Shown one piece after another: positions 1 through 14,152 of a DNA stretch of 64,000 nucleotides. The notes under the pieces are model-generated. The model was not told the origin of the DNA, did no database searches, and was given only the letters and a program-made list of their open reading frames with translations. This DNA comes from Hydrolagus colliei. Its lineage: Eukaryota. The number at the start of each line of letters is the position of its first letter. Position 1 is the stretch's first letter. A program made the translations under genes and the position numbers. Location: positions 95,108,001 through 95,172,000 of the forward strand of contig CM068742.1 of the NCBI GenBank assembly GCA_035084275.1, written 5' to 3'.

Positions 1-146
1 CAGAGCCCCGCTTCCCACTCACCTCGGTCATGGCCTGTCTCAAATTTACCTCTTTGACCATGCTTTCAGTCATCTTTCCCGTCCTCACACCACCCTCCTC
101 CCACCCAGATGGTTTGTTAAGCTAGGACGATTACAACAATAACAAA

Positions 147-429
147 GTCCCATAGCTCATTGGTTAGAGCACTCGCCTTGCAAGCGAGAGGCAGGGCAAA
201 ACCTGGCCAAGTTGCCTTACTTCACATGCCTAATAATAATCCCTCCAAAGAAACAATAATAATTTAATCACTCAATCCACTACTGTTTGTGGGACACTGC
301 TGTGTGCAATTAGCTGACGTGTTTCATCCACAAATGTGCAGTCAATTCACTTTACAATATATTCTGTGAAGCGCTTTTAGACATCTAGAAGATGTGTAAA
401 GCGCTATATCAAATGCAAGGGTTAGTATT
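147..429 (+). mobile_element. tRNA(Ala-like)-derived SINE with L2-type tail
   Basis: A-box-like TAGCTCATTGG, TTGCAAG anticodon-like loop, body GTGGGACACTGCTGTG, tail GCGCTATATCAAATGCAAGG. Confidence 0.85.
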
Positions 430-645
430 CAAATTACATTTATATAGCATCTTTGACGTCAGAAGGATGCCCCAAGGCTCTTTGGGATGTCCTCCCAATG
501 TAAAAGGCCAAATGTAAATGTAAAATTGCATTTTATAGTGAACAGAATCTACTCTAAAATTGCCGCTTCAGTCTGAACAAGATTTTAGTTAATTGTGTTC
601 AATAGCAAGGTAACATTTTGGAATTACACCCTGATGGCTCAATGG

Positions 646-750
646 ATAATAATAATAATCCTTGCATTTGATATAGCGCCTTATCACTTTTTCAAGACGT
701 CTCAAAGCATTTCATAGAATATACTGTAAAGTGAATTGACTGTATATTTT
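646..750 (-). mobile_element. SINE 3' fragment (same family)
   Basis: (TAA)n followed by CCTTGCATTTGATATAGCGC...GTGAATTGACTGTATAT. Confidence 0.8.
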
Positions 751-3734
751 AACATGTGCTGTGTGGTTTAGCACTAAATTTCAGCATTCTGGAAGACTTG
801 AGATATAATCGTTTCCTGGTATATGGTGACAGATCTGCTGCTTTGTCTTTGAGCAATACTAACCAGAAGTAAGAACGCAGGTGCTTGGGCATGCAGGGTA
901 GGTTACCTTGCCACTGCTCACAGGGTAAGTGTAGGGAAAGGTCAGATAGAGTTCTCATTCAGAGTTAGTCATAAAGATGTGCAATACCAATTTCAGCATT
1001 CATGCAGCAGTGGCTGGTCTTTATGTGTGAGTCAAGTCGGTGAGCAGCAGCAGACTACACAACCTTGAGGGACATCACTGGCAAGTCTGATCTCGTCTCT
1101 CCCTGTAACCTCAATAGCAATGAACAAACCTTAGCTGATTGTTTTACCCTCTCTGTAGCCCAGCATTACTGAATTGTAATGCTCTCCTGACTCAGAACAG
1201 ATCAAGGATCATATCTGGGACCCTCTTGGCCTCTGATGTTCATTAAAATACTCCCTGAGTGGTTTTAACAACTGAGCTTGTAGGAGTGCTCAATGAATTC
1301 AGTTTTTCATATTAAAAAAATCCATAAAACAATTTTACACCAGGCTTATGAGTGAAAACCTACAATGTAATGAATCTGCTGCCTGCTCCTTCTTTAATGT
1401 CATCCGACAAGGATTGTGTACTCCCAGTCAGAGTTCTCGACTTTGTACTCATTATGCCGGCACTGACCATAACACACAACACCCAAACCTAATCTCCCAG
1501 CTCACCAAGATCAATACCTCCAGCTGCTGGGTCTCTCTCTCTCTCTCTGCCTTGTTTTTCTTCAGGAATTATCTCATAAATTACTTCTGGTGACAAACTC
1601 TTTAGATTGCTGTGATATTGACATTCGTGATTCAATATTTTTGCAATTCTCCAGACAACCATTGAGCTCAGGCCAACTTCCATCCAACCTAACCATTCTT
1701 GGTCCATGAAAGAATCCGGTTATTGTCTGATCACACTTTAAAGGCAAACCATGACATTGCAAAATTTAATTTTGAGATGCAAAGCACTTGACTTATCAAC
1801 AATGTGATAAGGACAGAGCGACACAGCACCCTTGTGAGCTTATCATAAATATCAGTTTACTGTACCGTGACATTGTACCTGTAGCTGTAGGTTTGCCTTC
1901 AACATAGAAGCATCAACATATTTTTGTTTCATTGCCAATTTATTTCTCCTCTCAATTTTCTCCCCTCCTCCTCTCCTGATGAAGTATTTCATCAAAATCA
2001 CTCATTATTTTTTAAATGGGGCTTAATGGTGACTATCCAACTATTGCTGGGGCAGCATACCTCAGCTCAATTCTTCCTTACCTGATGTTGTTATCAGCTA
2101 TTCCTTACCTCGCACACAGACCCACCAGTTGCATTTTCTATTTAGTGATCAGTAGGGGAAATCTTCAGTTTTTTTCCTAACCCTCCTTAAATCAGGTACG
2201 CTGAGGCTAAATTTAGTAACTTAACTGCTGTCACTTTTTATTTAGCGCATCTATTTAGCACCTTTCTTGCTGGGGGGGTTGTCCCAAAGCACTTAACAGC
2301 ATTGGCTATTCTAATTAAGTGGGAGATACTCTCAGTGGTATGGAGTAAACATAATGTGGAGTTTACCGCCTCAATTCACCGTGCAAAAAATAGATCATAT
2401 GTGTACACATGATCATTCCAGCTACACATTATAGGCTCACAACACAACTGTGAACCAGCAAAGCAAAGTCAGTTACAGGCACAGCTAGGATTAGAGGGAG
2501 AGAAATGTAGAGCCAGAGTCAGAAAGAGAGGATGGGAGAAAAATAAACAGAAATCTAAAGAAATGAGAGGGAGACTCAGTGTGTAACATTTGCTGGCACA
2601 ACGCTCACAGCAAATTCCTGATGGTAGACTTTTTTTTCCTGGCAGTGTAATCAATCTGTATTTTGTTTGATGACCACTGTTGCCATGTCCACAAGGAACC
2701 ATTCCTAATCAGTGTATATAGCGGTCTCGCTACTCTTTTTGAAGCTAATTTCTGTCACTTGTCTTGCTATGATCAGCATGCAGTTAGAATGGTTCTTAAT
2801 TAATTTCTGGCAGTAAAACACCAGTGTATAGAGGAATACCCAATTAACACTCTTCTATTTTAATTTGTTTTATCCCATTATATTACAGTTTGGAATAACT
2901 TTAGTTTCTAAAATTAATCTATTAATATTAAAATAACAAACTGAAACATATTACATTTTCTGATCCATGCTGAGTGTGATGGTCAAAATACGATGCATGG
3001 GGAGATTAAATTGGCATAGCCCTTCCTAGGGCTAGAAAGGATAAAACCAGCCAGGATTTCTGTTCCTGCTCCTTCAACAGCTATGCAGCAGCTGGGTGAG
3101 AAAAGGTCAGGTCTCTACAATTGAAATGTAAGATACCCTGCACAGTTGTGGAGCTCGCCGACACTCACTGCAAAGCTTCAAAAAAATAAGAACAATGGAC
3201 ACTTAGAGAGTATACAAGAGTTGAAACTAGCGCTTGTGTAATTGCATTTCACCGAAAAGAGGCCAGACCAATAGCAGAGAGCCAGATACCAGTTGGTAGA
3301 AAATAATAATTGGATACAAAAAATACAGCCAAATATTGTAATACTGAGCATTTGGCAGACATCTTGTTGATGTGTTGTTCTGAGCCTTTATTATAAATTG
3401 TCCTGGCTTTTATTTCAGAAGTAGCAAAGCTCTGTTCGTACATAAGTTTCTGGTGATTCACCGAATAGATTTTTTGATTTACATCAAACTATCAAAAAAG
3501 ATTGAAGTTTTATGTAGTTTATGGGTAGAGTAGAATATTGTTGCTTATTTTAGTTGAGCTCTTAATTAGAGCACAAAATAAATTTCTGACAGTAAACGTA
3601 TCTTTATTCACTTTAATTTTGGTAAGAGGCCATTATTTTAGCAAAAAAAATTAGTACCATAGGATAAATTTGAATTCTCAACTCCCAATTTATGTCTTAT
3701 CACCTGTTACACTTATTACACTTATTTGTCATTT

Positions 3735-4128
3735 GTCAGCCAGGCTCAGTTGATTGCACTTCTATCTGAGTCAGAAGTTTGTGGATTTAGGCCCCATATC
3801 GGAGCTTTGAGCTCATAGGGTGAGGCTCAGAAATTTATACAGTATTGTATTGTGAGAGATGATGTCCTTCAGATGAGATTTTAAACCAAATTTCTCTGAC
3901 TGTTCAAGATCTCATGTCAGTACTAAAAGTGGAAGGAGTTTCTCCTAGTGCCATGGTCAAATAAAATTGGTCATTCACTTCATGACTGTTGGACATTTGT
4001 GGTTACAAATTTGCTGCCACGTTTGCCCTTAAAATACATAGTAACTGTAATTTACAGTATATCCTGTGAGCACTTTAGAACACACTCCTAAAGAGATAGG
4101 AGCTATACCGAATGTAAGGATCGTATTA
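3735..4128 (+). mobile_element. Older Deu-domain SINE (SacSINE1/AmnSINE-like), degraded
   Basis: GAGTCAGAAG head and GTCCTTCAGATGAGA..TTAAACC core; similar copies near 12090-12422, 13430-13740, 19800-20095(-), 21075-21390, 25020-25420, 31520-31860(-), 47220-47470. Confidence 0.65.
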
Positions 4129-5343
4129 TGGTTGTGCTTGTAGTATTGAGTTATTTAATAATAGGTAGGAACCTAGTAACAGGAGGAAGCCTCTCAAACC
4201 ATCTAGCCTATTTAACCAGTTTATTAGATCGTCACAGATGTTTAAATCTTATATCGCTATTGTTAAATACACTATTTAAACGTTTTGAGGAAACCTCCCA
4301 AAGTGAAAGGTGCCCTATCAATTTAATATCTCAAAAAATTAATTGTTATTGATATAGCACATTTCATGTGAGGAGGACGTCTTAAAGTATTTTACAGAAT
4401 TTGTTGTAAAGTTAATTCCATTGCTATTCTGCTGCATTGCGGAAGGTGCTGTCCTTTCGATGAGACATTATTCTTATTGAATGTCACATTTATTCCACTG
4501 AAGAGGATGAAATTCACTTCTGACTTTTGTCACCAAAGAATTACATGCTTTACTTGACATTTCAATTAAATCTTGGGCTCACCAACTTTGTAAGCAATAG
4601 CTTTGATTTTCCTGCTATGAAAGATGTTTCTTATTATAGCAGCTCTGCAGAATACAGGGCAAGTTCCTGGCTCAATTACAGTGCAGCTGGCAGCAAGGTT
4701 ATGCCAGGCTCAGATGTGATACATTTTTTTACTCATTCTTCGGATACATGCAACTCTGGCAGGCCAGTAATTGTGGCCCATTCCCTAGCTGCCTTGGGTG
4801 GGCACTTGTCTTTCAAGCACCACAGTGCTTGTTAATATTCCTATGACTGGTGGGTAACAGCTTATTATCAGAACAGCGCATCATCAATAGGGTTAAAATT
4901 GTTTTACGATGCTCTAATCCCAGCTCACGTTCCCTATTAGTAGGTGAACAATCTGATGCTCAGCAAATTCTGCTTCCCAATGATTGTTCCCCCTCCCCAC
5001 CCCCTCGGCTCACAGCTCCCCAGCTTGGGTGCCCATCCAGCACTGTGCTATCCTGATGTGAAACACACTACTTTATATAAATGTAAATTGCATTGTATTG
5101 TAAAGGAAGATTCACTTTGGCCCAGTGATGTAGAAGGAAGAATATATATATATATGTCCAAGTAAGGGCTTTGATTGATTTGGAGGGCAACGTTGGGGTG
5201 GTAATATTCCCATGACCTGCTATTCTTACTTGTTTGATTAAATTTCCATAGGAAAGTAAAGTTAATGATCAACGTCAACTCCGGGTTGGGAGTTTCCCTA
5301 TGGCTGCTGTTACCAATGATGCTTTTTCTCCCCTTTACTTTAG

Positions 5344-5496
5344 ACTGTCACCCACAATGTCAGAGTTGTGTGGCTGACCTTCATAACACAGGTAGTATCT
5401 GCCTGGACTGTAAAAATCCTCGGGAGGTGCTGCTGGGAGATCGCTGCTTTTCTCATTGTCCCACAGGGTATTTCCTGAACAGAGGAACCTGCAAAC
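5344..5496 (+). CDS. FRAS1: FRAS1 exon, furin-like repeat (DCHPQCQSCVADLHNTGSICL...GTCK)
   Basis: tttag| acceptor, C|gtaagt donor, 153 nt, phase 1-1. Confidence 0.95.
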
Positions 5497-6805
5497 GTAA
5501 GTAGAGGGTTGAAGAGCCCAAATTTACATCGCATTCCTTGTTGTTTTCTGCACTGTCCCTACAGCCTGAGCAGCCCCTTGACCCGAATGGAATACAGTAC
5601 TTCAAAGCCACACTGAACACAATACTGTCCAATTTGAACATGCTCTTTGCAATCCAAATTCAACTCAACATGATGGGAGCAATTTTGAAATACTTTGAAA
5701 TACAAAATTCCATGTTGCTTCAGAATTTAATTTAGTAATATCTGGCTAACAGGTGTTTCATGTTTTGGGATTCATTAATTATACCTACAGCCACTTCTGG
5801 GTCTAGAGAGACTGTCTGAAAGCTTCTGGCAGATGTTACAGCAGCTCATTACTTTGCAGCTTTGAAAGATCCAACTCAACCTTTGGAGGATACAACGCCA
5901 AACCTAAAATAGACTTTCAACTTCTTGGCATTCTGCTATTTCCAGATATAATGAAATAATGAAATAAAATAACATATGGTACATTGATAATATCACAGCA
6001 TGAGAACCACACGATCACTTCATGCAATGATTATTTCTCAAACATATAATGTTCTGTGTAGCTCTGTCATTGACTGAGTGTTAAATATGTCAAGTTGTCT
6101 GGTACTGCTTCATGCAGGAGAGAAATGGCCCAGATTTGATTTTCTGATCTCTTAAGTTGGCAAATCTCCTTGTGGGAGAGGTAAGCAGGGTCTCTGTACC
6201 CTGAATTAGCTTCAAGGTGACATCCTTGGCAGCAGAAACAAGTCAATTCTCATTGGCTGTCTGGGTAGTCCGGTGTCTGAGCCAGGCAGATTCACAGCTT
6301 TTCCAAGTCCAGCCATGGCTCACTTGGTAGAAGCAAAATGGCAGACCAGTCACTGGCTACAAGGATTCTTCCCACTCAACTTCTGCTAACCTTGTGGGTC
6401 AAAGCCCTAATGGATCGGGAGGCTCCAGCTGACCAAGCAGGGGGAAGCTTTCCAGACAGTGCTCTCAATGACAATCAATAGCATTGAGTTATCATCAAAT
6501 TCACACTATACAGAGGTGCATTATAAGGAGACCACAGTGCGTGTGTGTGTGTGTGTATGGGATGGGGGGGGAATATATCAGTGAGAACTGGACCTGCCTT
6601 CGTAGATAAGCCACGTGTAAATGCATGTGTACAGACGAAACTGCAAGTAATCTTAATCATAAAATTGACAAGCAAAGAAACTAATTTTACAGAAACTACT
6701 ATAGATAAGAGAGTATCTGTTATAAATATACAGTATAAATTGCTGCAGCTCTTTTCATTCTTTCTAATTAACCAGACTCACACGCAGTGGTGGTTTTCAT
6801 TCCAG

Positions 6806-6952
6806 GGTGCCATGCATCATGTAAAACATGCAACAGTGAAGGACCCTTTGGTTGCAGTGCCTGTCGAGCTGATCTGGTCCTCGCACTTAACAACATGTGT
6901 GTCGCTGCCTGCTTCCCGGGGTTCTACAACGACGACACCCAAGTGTGCCAGT
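6806..6952 (+). CDS. FRAS1: FRAS1 exon, furin-like repeat (RCHASCKTCNSEGPFGC...QVCQ)
   Basis: ttccag| acceptor, T|gtatgt donor, 147 nt, phase 1-1. Confidence 0.94.
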
Positions 6953-9376
6953 GTATGTAACTTTGGGCGTGGTCTGTACAGCCCATAGCTATCACGTTTG
7001 CGTAACCTTTTCTTTAGAATTATTCCGTACTACATGCAATGCCCCACAGCAGGGAGTGCTAAACCTAATCTGTGCGTTCGCTATGTTTGGTATTAGTATT
7101 AGTCATGCAAATTAAAATAACATTTTGGCCCATGTAAGAGGGCATATGGTACATCATTCTCTGTCACGGCAGAGCACTAAACCCTTCTCAGACCTGTTGT
7201 GCTAAGCAAAAACAGACTGGAAGGCCCCTCATCTGATCCCTGGCTTGTGCTCAGTTGGTTTATTTCACCTGTGGTATTGTAGTTGTTTCATTTCAATTTG
7301 GGCTAGGGTCGGGAAAAGGGAAGGAAACATGAAGAGGGGATAAAAATCAGCCTGGCTTTCCCTTCCCAGTTAATAGCTCCTGCTGCAATCTACAAATTTA
7401 TGTCAGATGTGGACAGGATTAAGATTTGAAAAGATAACTCTCTACCTTGATAAAATTAAGCAGCCTGCCTGCATCCTACCAACAGAGGCTGCTTGGGGTC
7501 ATGTTAACAGGATGCTGGAAGATTGCAACTGAATGAACTTGAGGCCCGAGTTTTACGAGGGTCTCTAACCTCTCAGGTTGAAGTACATAATACACATTAA
7601 AATCTGGCCTTTTCAAACCCTGCAATTAAACATGACTGTCCTCTATTTCTGTGGTTTAATGCTGTAACTATCCGAATGCTGCCATCACATAAATAAACAG
7701 GAACCAATCCCTAAGGACCTTTTGCCCACCATTGTGTACTGAGATTGTTATCTGGACATTTTGCTAAATAATGCTGTCAACAGAATATTCAATGCCATAA
7801 CTGGATCAAATGTAAGAAGCTGACATGCTCGGCTCTGGCTGAAATTATATTTTACGCAGTGGTTTGTGTCTCTGACAGCTGATCCCTATTCAGTGTGTAC
7901 TCCCTATCGGCAGTGAACCTAAAGTAATTGTAGGGTTCTTGTAGACACCAGGAGTAAGGGGGTAGGGAAAGAGGGTTAATTCAGGTGAAGCATTCACGGT
8001 GGTTTATTCTCTGACTGGATTACAGTGCAGGGTTGTACTGTCACCGCAATTGAAATGTTTTGCCTCTTCTTGCATTTCTCCTGAGTTGCCTCAATTACAC
8101 CTGATTATGGGATGCACTATTCCTGAGAGTGGCATGAGTCAGCAGCCACGCTCACTTCTGCCTGGGAGTGCTGTCAAAAGGCGGAGAGAGAGAGTGAGCC
8201 CTGAGCACTGCCCAAGTGATCGCTGACTGCTGGGGACATTTACAAAGATCATCACACCAGAAAAAATCGGGCATTCTCATTCAGACTACCTGTGCTCATT
8301 CAAAAAAAAATGACCTTTAAAACGTTGGCTGTGTGCCGGCAGTGAGTTTTACTGACAGCGAGTATTACTGGGTCTATATTTACTCTACTTGTATAGCATT
8401 TCAGATTGTCCAGAATTTGGAAGCCTCAATTTTGAAGCCGGTTTTCTGTAAGTTTATCTCCTGTAAATTAATTAGAGGAAATCTGGACCCAGGTGGCATT
8501 TTGTCCAAATTGATATAAAAATCATTTTTTTTACAGTACTGCAATATTAAAAAAAGTATTGTATTTAGCTTCCAACACTGAAAGTGCATTTACCTTTTCA
8601 CCAAGAGTAAAGACTGTGAGAGGTATGTACTGCCAAACAGCTCTGAAGCTCTAAACTAGCCAAGAACAGTACCATACAAGTTTTGTGTTTCAATAGTGCT
8701 TCAAAGAGCTCTGTTTAGAGCAGGGCTCGGTGATCACAAGTCTTAAAGTTTCCCCTGAAAAATATGCAGTATATTCTGTGAAGCACTTTGAGACGTCTCA
8801 CTGACCTAATAAGGTGCTCTAACAAATCCAAGATTAATATTATTGTAAGATGCTCCCATACTGCTTTGTTTCAACATGTTGTTTTGCCCACAAATATACA
8901 GTGAATTCACTTTACAGTATACTCTGTGAAGCGTTTGAGATGTCTAGAAGACATGAAAGCGCTATCTCAAATTATTAAGGATTATTATTATTTTGTTGAA
9001 AATGCCATTGCTAAAAATGTAGCAATCCCTTTTGAATAGTTTGTCACAATTGCTAACAGTATAGGCTTGTCATAATAATTTTCCTGTGACAATGTGCTTG
9101 AAATACAAGCAATTGTTTTCAGCTACACAAGAACAAATGAACAATGTGACGTGAAGCGAAAATTATTACTCCAGTAGTTGGTAGAAAGTTATTCCAAGCT
9201 TGTTTCTTTGTGTCAAATGTAATTCAATACAATTTGCATTTATATTGCACCTGTCATGTAGGGAGGCCATCTCAAAGAGCTTGGGATGTAGGATGACTCA
9301 CTTTGTTCTAACCTAAGATAGAGCATGTGATAATTGAGTTTGATTGCAAAAGCTGATTGTGTATTACTCCTCACAG

Positions 9377-9523
9377 CCTGCAGTAGTCAGTGTTTGACCT
9401 GTGAGTCGCGTTCTGCCTGTTTATCCTGCAAAGACCCCGCTAAAGTTCTGCTGTTTGGGGAGTGCCAGTACGAGGCCTGCGCCCAGCAGTACTACCTTGA
9501 CTACTCTACCATGACTTGCCGAG
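9377..9523 (+). CDS. FRAS1: FRAS1 exon, furin-like repeat (SCSSQCLTC...KVLLFGECQYEAC...TCR)
   Basis: cacag| acceptor, G|gtaaga donor, 147 nt, phase 1-1. Confidence 0.95.
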
Positions 9524-10494
9524 GTAAGAACAGTATGAGTCTAGATTCTCTCTCAGTCTTGGATTCATTTATTTCATCAGCTGCTATGCTCTTCAACGAC
9601 AAATAGTGAACGAAACACTGGGAACAGTGAGATTGCATGAATACTTTGCTCTGCAGACTCGATGGGCTGAATGGCCTCCTTCTGTGCTGTAAATATCTGA
9701 CTCTTAATCAGGTCATAGAGTTTCCACGGAAATGAAACACAGTCTGACAGCATGCAAGTTCAAGGCACCGCAGCTCATCCAGAATAGACTCAGACTTCTT
9801 GTTGCTCGGCAAGTGTGTGGTGATTTGCAGTGTGGCTTGGCCAGAGTAGAGATTTGTGGCAACAGGATTATAGCAAATCTCTCTAGTTTGTGGATGATTT
9901 AATCCCTAAATGTTGAAGAATTTTAGAAGGGAATTGATCTCGATCTGCTAAATCTGCCTGTACTCAAATTAGAACAAAGGTTTTGATATGATTTAGGAGT
10001 GCACCACCTGCAATGAATTAGTCGGTGTAATTAATTTGGATTCAGAATAGGTTCATAATTAGGAAAGATTAAGATAAAAAAATATTTGTTATGTACAGAT
10101 TTGAAATGTGCTAGGGCAGAAAATATGGACTGTGCAGAAAGACTCTGAAATGTATGTGTTCACTAACTCAGAAAGATCAAGATGCCTATTTGTGGACTGA
10201 GAAATAAATATTAGTATTGGCTTTAGAATGAATATGAATGCTGATGATTGTTAATGAAAACATTTGCATCAGAATTTATCCTGAGTGTCCAAAATGTAAT
10301 TTGTCACTGTGTGAGTTAATGTTAATGTGGAATGATTCCATTCGGTTATTACTGTGTACAGAGCACTTTAGTACTGATGTCTAATGGCCTGTCTCCATAC
10401 ATGTTGTATCCATTTATTATTTATTATTCAAATGCTTTTTTGTTGCCTTTACTGCTTTCATTATCGATCTTTTATTTCCTTTCACTTGTTTATA

Positions 10495-11900
10495 CAACAA
10501 CAACAAATTGCACTTATAGAGTGCCTTTCACGTCAGGAGGACGTCCCAAGGCGCTGCACAGGAGGCGTGTGACCCAAGCTGGGAGGGAAGTGTTCGGGAG
10601 GGGGTAAAAAACGTAGAGGAGGTTGAAGAATTAGGGGGGGAACAGAAGGCACGGTCGAAAAGGAAAGTCTTCAAACCGGCCTTGAAAGAGGAAAGGGAGG
10701 AAACAAGGCGGAGGGATTGGGGGATGGAGTTCCAAAGGGTGGGAGCGGAAAAACCGAAGACCCGGCCTCCGATGGTGGGGCGGTTTGGGCGGGGGGCTTG
10801 GAGCAAGCCAAGTCCTGCTGAACGGAGGGTTCGGGTGGGCTTATAGGGGGAGAGTAGGTCGGAAAGATAGGGCGGGGCAAGGCCGTGTAAGGCCGTAAAG
10901 GTGAGGACGAAGATCTTTAACTCGATCCTCTGGGGGATGGGGAGCCAATGGAGACGGGCGAGGGTGGGGGTTATGTGGTCGCGGAGGCGGGTGCGGGATA
11001 GTACATTGGCTGCAGAGTTTGGGATGATCTGCAGCCTGTGAATGGAGGAGAAGGGCTATTTTACAAGTTCTAGGATAAGTAGGAAATGCAAGTCTTTCTC
11101 CTTCAGAGGTAGAAATCCAGACAATATCAGGTTTGAGGAAGTCATTACCAGGCTCTGCAACTATCTCACTCCCCACGCTGCTGAAACACTCGTGCACGCG
11201 TACCTCACCTCACGGCTGGACTATGGAACTCTCTCCTTGTCCTCCATTCACAGGCTGCAGATCATCCAGCCAGCTGAGCAGAGGGAGCAGGTAGGTTGGT
11301 AGGAGGTTAGAAGGTACAAGACATGGGGGGACCAAGGCCATTGAGGGCTTTGAAAGTGAGGACTGTATCCTCTGTGTGATGGGAAGCCGGTGGAATTGGG
11401 TGAAGATGGGAGTGAAAGGGTTGTGAAGCCTAGTGTGGGAGAAGACAAGGGTTGCAGAGTCCTGGATGATCTGCAACCTATAGAGGGAGGAGTTGGGGAG
11501 GTCGGCAAGCAGGGAGTTTGCTTACTCAATCCTGGATGTTATGAATGCGTGTATGAAGGTCTCGGTGGCCTGTGGTGTGAAATAGTGGTGGAGCCAGGTG
11601 ATGTTGTGGAGATGAGGGAAGGCAGAGTGGATCATGGCATGGATGTGGGGTAGAAAGGATAATTGAGGGTCAAACAAGATGTCAAGGTGCTGACTCAGTG
11701 AGGTGAAGTATGCATCCTTGGATGGTGATGCTGTCGGTGCTTAAGGTGTAGAGGCAATCATGAGGGCCTCGGTCTTGTTTGCATTCAACTGTTGAAAGTT
11801 AGCTCTCCTCCAGGACTTGATGTCTGACAGATATTCTGTCAAGACAGCTGTGGTCCTGGAGTCTAGGGTGGAGGCAGGTTTACAAGGTATCATAGGCACA
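10495..11900 (-). mobile_element. Cluster of L2-type LINE 3' fragments (one CpG-rich copy 10495-11049, a + strand piece ~11140-11269, an older copy ~11270-11900)
   Basis: (CAA)n tail on +; translations GGRVFGFSAPTLWNSIP...FKAGLKTFLF and AAETLVHAYLTSRLDYG are typical of the L2 ORF2 C-terminus. Confidence 0.85.
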
Positions 11901-13220
11901 AAGGGTCTTGTCTGATGGGAAAGGCGTATTGAGCAGGTGGTGTTCTCACACCCATTTCACAAGGGAGGGGTTCTATTTCCAGCAGTAAATATTTTGCAGA
12001 TGTAATTGTGCCATAGTAGACACTGTGTAATCAGGGCAGTTTCTGCATCTTTGGCGAGAAGGGAGTGAGAAATTGATTGCATAGTTTAAGATAATGCTCC
12101 AATGCAGTATTGGTGGGGGGGTGTTGCATTGTCGAAGATGTCGTCCTTTGAATGAGATAGTAAACAATTTCCCATTAAAGATCTCTTGGCACTATTTGCA
12201 AAGAGAAGGGAGTTTTTCCCAATGTCCTGGCCAACAATCCCCCGCCCTCCAAAAAATGATCATCTCATGGCTGTTTGTAGAACATTGCTCAGCTCAACTG
12301 GCTGCCATGTATCTCTCAAAATAAACAGTCAAAAAACACTTTATAGTAAATCCTGTGAAATGCTTTGAGATGTCTCAATGAATTAATAAGGCATTATATC
12401 AAATGTGAAGGTTATTATTATTAGAGATGTCAGTCTGCATTAGGTACATAACGCTGTTGAGTGCATTGAGTATATATGTTTACTCAGAATGATAGACTGT
12501 TGGATTTCAAATCTGGGATGCACTGGATCTGGTATCAAACTCACTACCCTCAATTTTATGAAGAAAATAATAATAATATTAATAATAATAATCGTAATAA
12601 TGATTAACACCAATTTTCCATAAACTGATTTAAGTTGCAATATAGTACGAATACAGAGTCATTATTCTCAAGTTTCCATTGCTGCAGTCCTTGACCTTCA
12701 AACACTTTCTTTTATCCAGCTGATGCTGCACACTGCAACACACTCAGATAATGTTATTAAATACTATCATTCAAAACCACAAAGAACTGTTGGCTTTGCT
12801 CCAGGTACCTTCTCTACTTGCATTCTGTTCACAAAACACTCTATACCAGACGCTGTTTAATAAAAAAGAAATTGTACTGAAGAAGCCTCTAAAATAAGCT
12901 TCTACAATAGTGGCAGATGGATATGAAAAGTCACTCCGTGGCCTTAAACGTGTTATACCCGCTGCCTGTGTCACATATGTGGTGTTAGCTTGAAAACAGA
13001 ACTAGTCCTACTCCAAAGCAACTTATTTTGCAATTGTTTTCCGATATTCTCCCTTCCTCTTGAAGGTAATGTCCCTTGTTGGAGTACAGTTCATTGCACA
13101 CCCTGGTACTTGCCCAGGGAGCAGTTCTTCATGGAATAGTCTAGTCAATGAGTACTAGTGATAAAGAGGGTGGGAAGTTGGCGTACTGGAGATGTAAAGA
13201 GAGGGAACTGCGAAGAGAGG

Positions 13221-13427
13221 GAATATAAGAACAGGAGTAGGCCATTCAGCCGTTCGAGCCTGTTCCGCCATTTAATAAGATCATGGCTGATCTGTATCTC
13301 TACTAATCCTTTCAATTCCAATTTCCCACTTTCTCCCCATAATCCCTTAATACCTTGACCTACCAAAAATTTATCAATCTCACTCTTGAAGGTGTGGCTG
13401 GATCCAGCATCCACGACCGTTTGCAGG
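13221..13427 (-). mobile_element. CR1-type LINE 3' end
   Basis: AGGAGTAGGCCATTCAGCC...GATCATGGCTGATC; minus translation FKSEIDKFL. Confidence 0.75.
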
Positions 13428-14060
13428 CCTAAGGGTGAGCTACATTGTTAGAAGTGCTGACCTTCAGATGAGATGTCAAACTGAGGCCCTGTCTACCTGT
13501 TCAGGTAGATCCCATGGAACTATTCGGAGAGAAGGGAGTTTATCCTAGTTATCTTGACCAGAAATTCCCTAAGTAAAATTGATCATTTACTACCATGGCT
13601 GTTTTGAGGTTTATTGCTCTGCACAAATTGGCTGCCTCGTGCACCCACAAAATATACATGGTTACATCACTTTACTTAATATCCTGTGTTGCGCTTTGAG
13701 ACATGTTGATGGCATAATAATGCACTCTATGAAATGTATCATCATTTTATATCATATACATTATAATGTCGATGATATCAGTGGAGGAAGGAGCAAAGAC
13801 AAAGGGCAGTGGATATTTTATCTCTGCTTTTCACAGTGACTTTAAGTACAATGTCCATTATCTTATAAATGCAAGTTCAATTAGATTTCAAACACCTGAT
13901 GTCTGAAACAGGGTAAAACTACAGACCTAGCTGTGGTACCTGGTTTGAGAATTCCTGCATCACTGAGAGTGGAAACAGTACAAAATCATAGATAGCACAT
14001 TACACTCTGAAACCATCTCTAATAATAGTTTTCATTTGACCAGAACTTAAATTTAACTTT

Positions 14061-14152
14061 AGGGTCGTGGACCCGAAATGTTGACTCACTTTTCCTTTCT
14101 CCATAGATGCTGCCTGACCTTTTGGTTATTCCCAGCAATTTCTGTTTTTGTT
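14061..14152 (+). mobile_element. Probable Penelope-like element terminal remnant
   Basis: GGGTC-GTG-GACCC-GAAA followed by AGATGCTGCCTGACC...CCAGCAATTTCTGTTTTTG resembles chondrichthyan PLE termini as recalled. Confidence 0.5.

Noticed and set aside
1-5343. Search for a further upstream furin-like FRAS1 exon, including the Cys-containing ORF 1348-1593
   Set aside because: No CxxxCxxC spacing with matching splice sites was found; the preceding exon probably lies before the window.
14055-14082. Hammerhead-ribozyme-like stem II plus GAAA (GGGTC-GTG-GACCC-GAAA)
   Set aside because: The CUGANGA box is missing upstream, so at most an inactive Penelope-type remnant.
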